Shown in pieces: positions 22,790 to 32,266 of a DNA stretch of 64,000 bases; positions within the stretch are counted from its first letter, which is position 1, and every line of letters starts with the position of its first letter. The stretch is from the NCBI RefSeq assembly GCF_044647545.1, contig NZ_CP172818.1. One strand, 5' to 3'. The position numbers and the translations under genes are program-made. Source of the stretch: Escherichia coli (GTDB taxonomy: Bacteria; Pseudomonadota; Gammaproteobacteria; Enterobacterales; Enterobacteriaceae). The notes below the pieces were generated by a model, which made no database searches, was not told where the DNA came from, and saw nothing but the letters and a program-made list of their open reading frames with translations.

Positions 22790-23133
22790 AGTGATTCTCC
22801 GTGTCTGTGTATTTATGGTGTCTGCTACGGATCGCAGATTTATAAAGCACATTCAGCATGGCAAATATTTGCCGCTTCGTTGTTAAGATTAGTCCTGGTT
22901 GATAATTTTTATATTTTAACCCCATGATATTGATAGGTATTATTATTGTGGTGAGTTGAATGATATTGATGCAATATCTCTTGATATATATATTCCCGGT
23001 AATCTATTGTGGGAATTTAATTTAAGTGCAGAAGTAATATTTTCGCCGGATTTTATTCGGAATAACCTGCTTATCCTCGTGCGGTTTCTCACGTAGTCTA
23101 TAATTTCCTTTTTAAGCCCACAGGAGAGCAACA

Positions 23134-23565
23134 ATGACAATCCATAAGAAAGGTCAGGCACACTGGGAAGGCGATATCAAACGCGGGAAGGGAACTGTAT
23201 CCACCGAGAGCGGCGTGCTGAACCAACAGCCGTATGGATTTAACACGCGTTTTGAAGGCGAAAAAGGAACCAACCCTGAAGAACTGATTGGCGCAGCGCA
23301 TGCCGCATGTTTCTCAATGGCGCTTTCATTAATGCTGGGGGAAGCGGGATTCACGCCAACATCGATTGATACCACCGCCGATGTGTCGCTGGATAAAGTG
23401 GATGCCGGTTTTGCGATTACTAAAATCGCACTGAAGAGCGAAGTTGCGGTGCCGGGTATTGATGCCTCTACTTTTGACGGCATTATCCAGAAAGCAAAAG
23501 CAGGATGCCCGGTTTCTCAGGTACTGAAAGCGGAAATTACGCTGGATTACCAGTTGAAATCGTAA
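23134..23565 (+). CDS. osmC: osmotically inducible peroxiredoxin OsmC
   Basis: 143-aa ORF, OsmC/Ohr family. Confidence 0.93.
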   Translation: MTIHKKGQAHWEGDIKRGKGTVSTESGVLNQQPYGFNTRFEGEKGTNPEELIGAAHAACFSMALSLMLGEAGFTPTSIDTTADVSLDKVDAGFAITKIALKSEVAVPGIDASTFDGIIQKAKAGCPVSQVLKAEITLDYQLKS

Positions 23566-23620
23566 AGCATTGCCGGATGACGCGTCAGGCGCGCGATTGC
23601 CTGATGCGTTGTTAGCGTCT

Positions 23621-24547
23621 CTACAGCGCCCGCCAGCACCGGATCTCACGTCCGTCCTCCCTTATTGTTAATGATTGCCGGACTTTACACCCGTGGGTTG
23701 CCAGAGGGCAACGTTCACGGAAAAAACAGCCTTGTGGCAACGTGCGGTTTCCTGGTAGATCCGTTTTACGTAATGCCCATTCTTCCTCCAGCGGTTTATC
23801 AATGGCGGGGAGGGAATCCAGCAATAATCGGGTGTATGGATGTGCCGGAGCTGTCAGCACCTGTTGCGCGTCTCCTAGTTCCACAATCTGTCCGAGATAC
23901 ATCACCGCCACCCGATCGCTCATATGACGTATCACCGAGACATTGTGTGAAATCAGCACATAAGTCAGCCCGCGATTTTCCTGTAGCGTTACCAGTAAAT
24001 TGAGGATCTGCGCCTGCACGGAGATATCCAGCGCCGAGGTTGGTTCATCAAGCACAATCACGTCAGGCTGCGAAGAGAGTGCTCTGGCAATGGCGATACG
24101 TTGCCGCTGCCCGCCTGAGAACGCATGGGGCAAGCGGTCGAGATACTCCGGACGAATACCCACCTGCACAGCCAGCTCCTCTGCCAACGCTCGCCGCTGT
24201 TGTTCACTACTACGCTTAGCAATCCAGAGCGGTTCCGTGATGATGCGCCACACCGGTAAGCGCGGATTAAGCGAAGAGAGCGGGTCCTGAAACACCATCT
24301 GCATAATGCGTTGTGATCCTGAACGGATGTACTGCCCGTGGCTCGGTTGCAGCATACCCATTAAAAGCTGTGCGAGGGTGCTTTTGCCGCAACCTGACTC
24401 ACCGACGATCCCTAAGGTTTCACCACGACGGATCTGTAAATCAATACCATTGATGGCATGAACATGTTCCGTAGTTTTACCAAGCCAGTTTTTTCGGGCC
24501 GGGAAATTGATATGGACGTCGCGTAACGTTAATAACGTGTCAGACAC
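23621..24547 (-). CDS. ddpF: dipeptide ABC transporter ATP-binding protein
   Basis: Trimmed to the GTG at 24547-24545, which has a GCAGGAGG RBS and overlaps the ddpD stop; 308 aa; Walker A GESGCGKS. Confidence 0.85.
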   Translation of the reverse strand: MSDTLLTLRDVHINFPARKNWLGKTTEHVHAINGIDLQIRRGETLGIVGESGCGKSTLAQLLMGMLQPSHGQYIRSGSQRIMQMVFQDPLSSLNPRLPVWRIITEPLWIAKRSSEQQRRALAEELAVQVGIRPEYLDRLPHAFSGGQRQRIAIARALSSQPDVIVLDEPTSALDISVQAQILNLLVTLQENRGLTYVLISHNVSVIRHMSDRVAVMYLGQIVELGDAQQVLTAPAHPYTRLLLDSLPAIDKPLEEEWALRKTDLPGNRTLPQGCFFRERCPLATHGCKVRQSLTIREDGREIRCWRAL

Positions 24548-25526
24548 TAATGACCTCCTGCTGAGGATACCAACAGGCGCAGCGGTGGTTGTTGTCACCA
24601 CACGCTGTTAGCGCCGGGACGTTTTCACACTGCGCACCTGCCGCATAGCAACGATCGCGAAAAGCGCAGCCGTCAGGCAAATGGGTGAGGTTTGGTACCG
24701 TCCCTGGAATGGCGGGTAATGGCTGGCGCGGTATTCCATGTTCCGGTGCGCATTGCAGCAAACCAATGGTATACGGATGCCGGGGATGATGGATAACGTC
24801 TGCCGTCACGCCGCTTTCAATCACGCTTCCGGCATACATCACGTAAACGCTATCGCACAGTTGCGACACCACGGCCATATCATGGCTGATGAACAGTACC
24901 GCAGTTCCACTGGCGCGGGCTTTATGTTTAAGCAGACGCAGTACCTGCAACTGTACCGTGACGTCCAGCGCCGTAGTCGGTTCGTCGGCAATAATCAATT
25001 GCGGCTCGCAGGAGAATGCCAGCGCAATCATTACCCGCTGGCGCATACCACCTGAAAGCTCAAACGGATAGCGCGACATAACTTCCACGGCATCCGGGAT
25101 TTGCATCTCTTCCAGCAGGGCAATCGCTTTAGCTCTGGCTTCCCGACGACTTATTGGTTGATGATGGCGGATCACGTCCATCATCTGAAGACCTATTCGA
25201 CGTGTCGGATTGAGGGCGGTCATCGGTTCCTGAAAGATCATCGCCACTCGTGCGCCGCGCCACTGACGAAGCTGCTTTTCCCGAGCGTTAAGAACATCTT
25301 CTCCCAGCAGTGAAATATGTCCCCGATGTACGCAATAACTGCCCGTCGGTAGCAGACGCATAATCAACATTGCAGTGACTGATTTACCCGAGCCGGATTC
25401 TCCCACCAGACCGACAATTTCACCGCGGTTGATTTTCAATGACACATTGTTGAGCGCGTGAACGTCGCCGTTAAAACCGGGGAAACTCAAATGCAGTTGT
25501 TGAATGTCCAGAACGGGTTGGGTCAT
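24540..25526 (-). CDS. ddpD: dipeptide ABC transporter ATP-binding protein
   Basis: 328-aa ORF; Walker A GESGSGKS. Confidence 0.9.
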   Translation of the reverse strand: MTQPVLDIQQLHLSFPGFNGDVHALNNVSLKINRGEIVGLVGESGSGKSVTAMLIMRLLPTGSYCVHRGHISLLGEDVLNAREKQLRQWRGARVAMIFQEPMTALNPTRRIGLQMMDVIRHHQPISRREARAKAIALLEEMQIPDAVEVMSRYPFELSGGMRQRVMIALAFSCEPQLIIADEPTTALDVTVQLQVLRLLKHKARASGTAVLFISHDMAVVSQLCDSVYVMYAGSVIESGVTADVIHHPRHPYTIGLLQCAPEHGIPRQPLPAIPGTVPNLTHLPDGCAFRDRCYAAGAQCENVPALTACGDNNHRCACWYPQQEVISV

Positions 25527-26419
25527 GACTGCTTTCCTCCTGCTTTCGGGTCAAGCAGATCGCGAATACCATCGCCAAAGAGATTAAACCCGACGGCGGT
25601 AAGCAAAATCGCTGCCCCCGGAAATGCGCAATACCACCATTGATCGAGCACATAGTTGCGACCATTCGCCACCATCGCCCCCCATTCAGCACTCGGTTGT
25701 TGAGCACCAAGGCCAATAAATCCCAACGTGGCGGCCATTAAAATCGCGCTACCGATATCCAGCGATGCCTGCACAATCAGCGGCGGCAGGGAGTTACGTA
25801 AAATATGCCAGTTGATCAGATGCCAACGCGACGCACCAAAGGTTTTCGCCGCCTGAACATAGGTATACTGGCGAACAACTAATGTTTGCCCCCGCGCCAG
25901 GCGCACATAAAAGGGAATTCGCACAATAGCAATCGCCAGCATGGCGTTAAACAAACTCGGCCCGAGAGCGGCTGCCAGTGCCATTGTCAGTACCAGCGAA
26001 GGAATCGACAGCATAATGTCCATGATGCGCATGATAATCGCGTCTGCGCGTCCGCCAAGCACACCGGATAGACACCCGAGTAGCGACCCCATCATACCTG
26101 CAATGGCGACCACCACTAATCCGGCGAGAATTGATTGCTGACTGCCGACCAGTACGCGGCTGAACAGATCGCGTCCCACTTCATCGGTGCCAAACCAGTG
26201 CGCCGCAGAAGGCGGCAAAAGGCGGGCGGTTAAATCAATGGCGTTGGGATCATGCGTCGCCAGCCACGGTGAAAAAATCATCATCAATAGCATTAATACA
26301 ATGATGACTGCGCCGGTCACGGTGAGCGGGCTGCCTTTCAGCATCGATACCAGTTTTGCACCGTTAAATCGCGTTTGTTTTTGTGGGCGTACGGCGGACG
26401 TTTCCTCGCTTAGCATCAT
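25523..26419 (-). CDS. ddpC: dipeptide ABC transporter permease
   Basis: 298-aa membrane ORF; 4-nt overlaps with neighbours. Confidence 0.9.
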   Translation of the reverse strand: MMLSEETSAVRPQKQTRFNGAKLVSMLKGSPLTVTGAVIIVLMLLMMIFSPWLATHDPNAIDLTARLLPPSAAHWFGTDEVGRDLFSRVLVGSQQSILAGLVVVAIAGMMGSLLGCLSGVLGGRADAIIMRIMDIMLSIPSLVLTMALAAALGPSLFNAMLAIAIVRIPFYVRLARGQTLVVRQYTYVQAAKTFGASRWHLINWHILRNSLPPLIVQASLDIGSAILMAATLGFIGLGAQQPSAEWGAMVANGRNYVLDQWWYCAFPGAAILLTAVGFNLFGDGIRDLLDPKAGGKQS

Positions 26420-27438
26420 TCACCACCTCCACGTCCGATACGCGGATCAATCCACAAATAGAGCAAATCCACCACCAGGTTCACCAGCACATAAGCAAAT
26501 GAAACCACGACGGCAAAGCCCATCACTGCCGGGAAGTCGAGCGCCTGTATTGATGTTACTACCCATGCACCCATTCCGGGCCAGGCAAAAACGGTTTCGG
26601 TGAGCACTGCGCCATACAACAAATCGCCCAGCGCCAGTCCCAATACGGTAATCGAGGGGATCAACGCATTGGGTAGCGCATAACATAAAACGATATACCA
26701 GCCGGGCAAGCCGCTGGCCCGGGCGGTACGAATGTAATCTTCACTCAATTGTTCCAGCATAGCTGAGCGGATCTGGCGGGCGACAATCCCCAGGTGAACG
26801 AACGCCAGCGTTAATGCCGGTAAGATAAGATGTTGCAACGCATTGAAGAAGACCTCACCGTTGCCTTCAAGCAGCGCATCGAGCAGATAAAAGCCGGTAA
26901 CGTGCGTTGGTGGATCCAGCCAGTCATCAAGCCTTCCGCCGCCGGGAAGAATTTGCAGATGACCATAAAACAGCACAATGACGCCCAGCCCAAGCCAGAA
27001 CGCAGGTGTGGAGATTCCGGTAATGGCCATTATTCGCACCAGATGATCCAGCCAGCGATTTCGCCAGACTGCAGAGAGTATGCCCAACGGGATGCCAATC
27101 AGGAGTGCCAGCAGCAGCGCGCAAAATGCCAGTTCCAGCGTCGCCGGGAAAAATATACGCAACTCTTCCAGCACCGGACGCCCGGTACGAATGGATGTTC
27201 CCAGGTCACCCTGAAACAGATCGCTGACGTAGCGGTAAAACTGTACGTACAGTGGCTGGTCCAGCCCCAGTTGCTGGCGAATATTTTCCACGATAGCATC
27301 GCTGGCGCGGTCACCCGCCAGTAACCGCGCCGGATCGCCAGGGATCAGGTGCGAGATAATAAACGTAATCACGCAGACGCCCGCCACCACGAGCACCAGC
27401 CCCCAGCAGCGTTGGCGTAAAATACTCCAGAAGGTCAC
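26416..27438 (-). CDS. ddpB: dipeptide ABC transporter permease
   Basis: 340-aa membrane ORF. Confidence 0.9.
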   Translation of the reverse strand: MTFWSILRQRCWGLVLVVAGVCVITFIISHLIPGDPARLLAGDRASDAIVENIRQQLGLDQPLYVQFYRYVSDLFQGDLGTSIRTGRPVLEELRIFFPATLELAFCALLLALLIGIPLGILSAVWRNRWLDHLVRIMAITGISTPAFWLGLGVIVLFYGHLQILPGGGRLDDWLDPPTHVTGFYLLDALLEGNGEVFFNALQHLILPALTLAFVHLGIVARQIRSAMLEQLSEDYIRTARASGLPGWYIVLCYALPNALIPSITVLGLALGDLLYGAVLTETVFAWPGMGAWVVTSIQALDFPAVMGFAVVVSFAYVLVNLVVDLLYLWIDPRIGRGGGE

Positions 27439-27439
27439 G

Positions 27440-28990
27440 TTATTTACTCATAGTATTGATATTGAAGACCTGTTCCAGCATGGGATTGAACACAAAGCCT
27501 TTCACCTCTTTGTTCATCGCCAGTTGATAGTTTTTCTGGAACAGGTACACATAAGCAGCGTCATCAATGACGATTTTCTGTGCCTGCTGGTAGTCCCGGG
27601 TACGCTGCGTCTGGTCGGTGGTCGCTAGCGCATTGCGCAGTAACTTATCGACCTCACTGTTTTCATAGAACGAGCGGTTACCCGGCAGACCTTTTTTGTC
27701 GGACTCAAACCAGTAATTCATAAACATATACGGGTCGGCAAAATCCGGACTCCAGTTGCCAATCGCGATGTCGTAATCACCTTTACCCACTCTGTCGCGC
27801 ATGGTGGCGTTCGCCAGCTTTTCCAGCTTCACATTGATGCCCAGCTTGTTGAGACTGGATTGTGTCGCCAGAGCAATAGGCTCCCAGTTCGGATCATTAT
27901 CAGAATAGAGAAACGTCAGGCTGGTGGGTTTGCTCGTCACTTTATCCCATTCGGCTTTGGCTTTCGTTTCGTCATGGTTGTATTGCATTGCCGTCGCATC
28001 GTATCCCCACATGCCTTCCGGAATCGGGCCGCGCATTTGTTTTCCGTTACCACTCAGAATGCCGTTAACCATACCCTGATAATCGGTAGACCAGGAAATG
28101 GCCCGACGCAGATCCGCCTGATTAAGTGGCGCTTTGCTGTTATTCAGATACAGATAGGTGACGCGCAGTGACGGATACTCTGCCACGTTGACTTTGTTTT
28201 CCTGCTTCAGGGCGTTGAGTTGATCCACCGGCAGCGCATCGGCAATGTCAATGTCGCCACGGGAGAGCTGCAGGCGACGGGAAGCACTTTCACCGATAAT
28301 TTTTACCGATACCCGTTTGAAATTCGGTTTATTGCCGGGGTAATGCGGATTTGGCACCAGAACTAATTGCTGACCTTTTTGCCAGCTTTTCAGCATAAAC
28401 GGTCCGGAGCCAGCGGTATTTTGCGCGAGGAAACCACGGGCATCATCCGCCGCATGCTCCTTTAAGACCGCCGGATTGATAATGGATGCACCGTCATTCG
28501 CCAGCGTGTAGAGGAACGGTGCGAATGGCTGGCTAAGGGTAAACTTCACCGTATGTTCGTCGGGAGCATCAATCTTTAAATCTTTGGGAAATGCTTCTGC
28601 TGGCCCCTGACCGATTTTTAGTAACCGCTCAAAAGAGAGTTTTACTGCTTCGGCAGTGACGGGTGTGCCATCGGCAAATTTAGCGTCGTTCTTCAGGGTG
28701 AACGTCCACTCTTTTTGATCGTCAGACGCTTTCCAGCTACTCGCCAGATCGCCTTCAACGTCGGTTGAGCCTTTATCACCGTCCGTTTTGTACTGAACCA
28801 GTCGCTGATAAGACGGGTAGGTCACTGTCCAGTCGTTATTATCAATTGTCACCGCTGGGTCGAGGGTTTGTGGGTCGGCAGCTTTACCGATCACCAGCAT
28901 ATCTTTCGGTACGGCGGCGTGCGCAACCGGCATTGTTGTGGCAAGGACGATCGCGAGCAATGTAGGACGAAACGATATCGATCTCTTCAT
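27440..28990 (-). CDS. ddpA: periplasmic D-Ala-D-Ala dipeptide-binding protein
   Basis: Trimmed to MKRSISFRPTLLAIVLATTMPVAHA (ATG at 28990-28988), 516 aa with a signal peptide; the track ORF would overlap ddpX. Confidence 0.9.
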   Translation of the reverse strand: MKRSISFRPTLLAIVLATTMPVAHAAVPKDMLVIGKAADPQTLDPAVTIDNNDWTVTYPSYQRLVQYKTDGDKGSTDVEGDLASSWKASDDQKEWTFTLKNDAKFADGTPVTAEAVKLSFERLLKIGQGPAEAFPKDLKIDAPDEHTVKFTLSQPFAPFLYTLANDGASIINPAVLKEHAADDARGFLAQNTAGSGPFMLKSWQKGQQLVLVPNPHYPGNKPNFKRVSVKIIGESASRRLQLSRGDIDIADALPVDQLNALKQENKVNVAEYPSLRVTYLYLNNSKAPLNQADLRRAISWSTDYQGMVNGILSGNGKQMRGPIPEGMWGYDATAMQYNHDETKAKAEWDKVTSKPTSLTFLYSDNDPNWEPIALATQSSLNKLGINVKLEKLANATMRDRVGKGDYDIAIGNWSPDFADPYMFMNYWFESDKKGLPGNRSFYENSEVDKLLRNALATTDQTQRTRDYQQAQKIVIDDAAYVYLFQKNYQLAMNKEVKGFVFNPMLEQVFNINTMSK

Positions 28991-29003
28991 GACAGTTTCC
29001 TGA

Positions 29004-29585
29004 TTAACTGGCGTGCTGTGTGCCAGGGGATATAAAACAGGTGAATTGATCAGCGAGAAGTGGGTAACTCGCTGCCTGGGGTAATTCGAAGTGCCACCAT
29101 TCGCTCGGGATACCGACAAAGCCACCGCCAGTCATAATCGCATTCAGCAACAGCCGATTGCGCTGAGCAGCTGGCGGGACGGAAGGGTGATAAGCATGGG
29201 AACGTTCGTGCATTTCATCGAACTCTGCACCCATATCCAGTATGTTCCCGTGCTCATCACGAAGCGTCAGGTCGATCGCCGTGCCACGGCTGTGATTAGA
29301 ACCGACCGCCACATCAACAACATATTGCGGGTCTGGGCAGGCTTGCCACAACATCGCCTGTGCTTGTTGTGGGCGATACGCATCGTAAATCACCAGTTGT
29401 AAGCCTGACAGCTGGGCGATACTGATACTTTTCGCCAGCGCGGTAATCGCATCCTTGTGTAACAGACAACGCGCTTGCTGATAAATAGCTTTGCCTGTGA
29501 TGTTATCAGCGCAGGCGTATTTCAATTCGATCTCCAGATCAGGGAAGATCACGGCTAAATCAACCAGTTCGGTGGTATCCGACAT
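29004..29585 (-). CDS. ddpX: D-alanyl-D-alanine dipeptidase (VanX homologue)
   Basis: 193-aa ORF; first gene of ddpXABCDF. Confidence 0.92.
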   Translation of the reverse strand: MSDTTELVDLAVIFPDLEIELKYACADNITGKAIYQQARCLLHKDAITALAKSISIAQLSGLQLVIYDAYRPQQAQAMLWQACPDPQYVVDVAVGSNHSRGTAIDLTLRDEHGNILDMGAEFDEMHERSHAYHPSVPPAAQRNRLLLNAIMTGGGFVGIPSEWWHFELPQAASYPLLADQFTCFISPGTQHAS

Positions 29586-29810
29586 AAACGGTTCCTGTAT
29601 AAGACAAAAATTGCTGCGCTTTCCGCTTATGCAGATCTCATGCCACGCCGGGATAAGCGCCAGAATGCTGGCTTAAAGTTATATTTTTTAACTTTTGATC
29701 AACATTTGTGCAGCGTAGTGCAGTTTTGGTGCAAGAGGGGAAGTTAAGGAAGGAATCTCCCGGAATCGTAGCTGAAATCACAGTATTTAAGTGACAGTGT
29801 CACGTTAAAG

Positions 29811-29830
29811 GAAAACCCGCGAGTGCGGGC
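29811..29830 (-). terminator. putative rho-independent terminator after dosP
   Basis: On the minus strand, cccgcactcgcggg hairpin followed by tttt, just 3' of the dosP stop. Confidence 0.5.
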
Positions 29831-29842
29831 GAGAGGAATTTG

Positions 29843-32242
29843 TCAGATTTTCAGCGGTAACACACTGCTCATCCAGCCTGGAATTTCTTCGGCGGGTAGG
29901 GGGCGGGAAAAGAAATATCCCTGAATAACGCGACAGTGGATCTTGCGTAGCATCTCAAATTGCTCTTTGGTTTCGACGCCTTCCGCCACGACGGTTAAAT
30001 TAAGGCTTTGCCCAATGCTGGTAATGGCTTCAAGTAAGGCAAGGATGCGTTTTTCCGTCAGACAACGATCGACAAAACTTTTGTCAATTTTGATTTCCGT
30101 TACCGGAAGACTGACTAAGCGGGATAATCCGGAAAAGCCCGTGCCAAAATCATCTACCGATAAGCCCACGCCCATATCGCGCAGGATCTGAATGCGCTTA
30201 AAGATTTCGGTATCGTGTTCCATCATCATGCTTTCCGTGATTTCTACCGTCAGCTGGTGGCCGTCAATACCCCAGGCTTGCATTGCATCAGACACCTGAT
30301 TAGGCAGCTGATTACTGCGAAAGTGCAGCGCCGACAAGTTCACGGATAACGCCGGGATATGAATATTCTGGCTACGCCATTCTGCTAACTGACGGCAAGC
30401 TTCCGCGATGACCCAGCGTCCAATATTTTCGATTTCACCGATCTCTTCTGCGAGAGGAATAAACCGTGAAGGGGGCACATGACCATGCAGGGGATCGTGC
30501 CAGCGAGCAAGGGCTTCGATGCCGTACAGTTCACCCGTTTCTGCGAAGATTTGTGGCTGGTAAACCAGTTTCAGTTGGTTATTGCTAATTGCTTCTTTCA
30601 GCGCCGCGCCTAAAACCAAACGCTCTTTTACCATTTCGTTCATCGCCGGGCTGAAGAACTGCCAGCCGTTACCGCCATTTTTGCGAATAAAATCCATTGC
30701 ATTGTGAGCAGTGGAGAGCAGGTAATCGCGGTTTTTACCCACGTCGTAGCTGATGCCAATGCTCAAGGTGAGCGGGAATGGTTTATCGTCAATCATTATC
30801 GGCTTGCTGACCACATTCCGTAGCTCATCGGCGATCTGCGTAATGTTACTGACGTCGTTTTCGAGGCTCACGAGGACAAACTGCGTACCTTCGATACGAC
30901 AGAGATATTGATCCGGTTTGAGTTTTTCACGAAAGCGATTGACCACTTCCAGCAATGCCTGATCGGCCCACGCATAGCCAAGGCTATCAATCACATCCTG
31001 AATATGGTCAACACCGATGAGATACACCACTGGAGAGACGGCTTTGTCGACCAGGTCATCGAGGTAATTGTGCAGGTTATTGCGATTTGGCAGACCGGTC
31101 ATCGGATCAAATTGGATGAGTTGTTCAATATGCTGACGGCTTTTTTCCTGTTCCAGCGCCAGCGCGGCCATATGCTGGCTGATATCTGCCACGCGTTCGA
31201 TAAAGGCGCTGGTTTCTGCTCCTGACGAGGTTTTAATTTGCAGGATCCCCGCCGGCGCGCCATCACGCTGACGAATGGTCGCTGACCAGCTTTGCGCATT
31301 TTGAACTTCTGTACCGTGCGAAGATGACGCCCAGTGTATCGGCATCCCGTTGCGCAGCGCGTACAGCGAAACATGCGATTCGTTGAGTACAGATTCGATG
31401 TTACGACAAATGATTTCCCCCATTTCATGAAATGGCGGGCTGCTGCACATGGCGGCGAGAATATTGCCTTCAAGCTGGCGGATTTGCCGTTCTTCGGTGA
31501 TATCCGAGAAGGTCATTACCAGGTTCTGCAGATGCGCGAGCACGTCATAAACCGGGCTGATAGAGGCTTTAATCCAGATTTTTTCACCGGTGCGCGTCAA
31601 TAGCAGAAATTCGTCCTGATCGCGGGCGGTTTTCCATAGCAACTGTTGTAAACGAATGCGGTTATCGGCAGGGAATTCAGGAATGTTCAGGAGTGTATCG
31701 GGCTGCATACCGCTGGCTTCGCTAATGCAGTAACCAAACATTTCGGTAAATGCGCGATTGCACTGCACAATATGGCGTTCCGGATCGAGGACAATCACCG
31801 GTCGGTCGAGATGGTCAACGGCAATAATCAATTGTCGGGTCTGTTCTTTTTGCGCCATTTCTACGCTGGCATCCCGTACCAGCGCCAGGTAATAAATTTT
31901 ACCCTCGGCGCTCACTTTCGATAGCGCAAAACGGGTCCAGATTTTACTGCCGTCTTTTTTCTCCAGCTGCAGCTCCCGACTCATCCCCTCGACGCGCGCT
32001 TTACCGCCTTCACGGTTATGACGAATATATTCAGGATGCGCAGGACGCAAATCCCGCGGAATCAGCATATCAATGTTATTGCCAATGACTTCTTCACGTT
32101 TGTACCCCCAGAGCTTCTCTGCGGCGGGGTTGAAAAACATCACTTCATCATTTTCGTTAATTAACACCGCACCCATCATATTTTGCTCAAGGGCGGGGAA
32201 AAAAATGCCATCGGCGGCATTATCCGCATCGGTTAGCTTCAT
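29843..32242 (-). CDS. dosP: oxygen-sensing c-di-GMP phosphodiesterase (heme-PAS, GGDEF-like, EAL)
   Basis: Trimmed to MKLTDADNAADG (ATG at 32242-32240), 799 aa. Confidence 0.92.
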   Translation of the reverse strand: MKLTDADNAADGIFFPALEQNMMGAVLINENDEVMFFNPAAEKLWGYKREEVIGNNIDMLIPRDLRPAHPEYIRHNREGGKARVEGMSRELQLEKKDGSKIWTRFALSKVSAEGKIYYLALVRDASVEMAQKEQTRQLIIAVDHLDRPVIVLDPERHIVQCNRAFTEMFGYCISEASGMQPDTLLNIPEFPADNRIRLQQLLWKTARDQDEFLLLTRTGEKIWIKASISPVYDVLAHLQNLVMTFSDITEERQIRQLEGNILAAMCSSPPFHEMGEIICRNIESVLNESHVSLYALRNGMPIHWASSSHGTEVQNAQSWSATIRQRDGAPAGILQIKTSSGAETSAFIERVADISQHMAALALEQEKSRQHIEQLIQFDPMTGLPNRNNLHNYLDDLVDKAVSPVVYLIGVDHIQDVIDSLGYAWADQALLEVVNRFREKLKPDQYLCRIEGTQFVLVSLENDVSNITQIADELRNVVSKPIMIDDKPFPLTLSIGISYDVGKNRDYLLSTAHNAMDFIRKNGGNGWQFFSPAMNEMVKERLVLGAALKEAISNNQLKLVYQPQIFAETGELYGIEALARWHDPLHGHVPPSRFIPLAEEIGEIENIGRWVIAEACRQLAEWRSQNIHIPALSVNLSALHFRSNQLPNQVSDAMQAWGIDGHQLTVEITESMMMEHDTEIFKRIQILRDMGVGLSVDDFGTGFSGLSRLVSLPVTEIKIDKSFVDRCLTEKRILALLEAITSIGQSLNLTVVAEGVETKEQFEMLRKIHCRVIQGYFFSRPLPAEEIPGWMSSVLPLKI

Positions 32243-32266
32243 AATTACCTCTGCATCCTGACGCAT

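Noticed and set aside
23568-23630. Possible REP element after osmC
   Set aside because: The palindromic GC-rich sequence only loosely resembles the REP consensus; it may just be the osmC terminator region.
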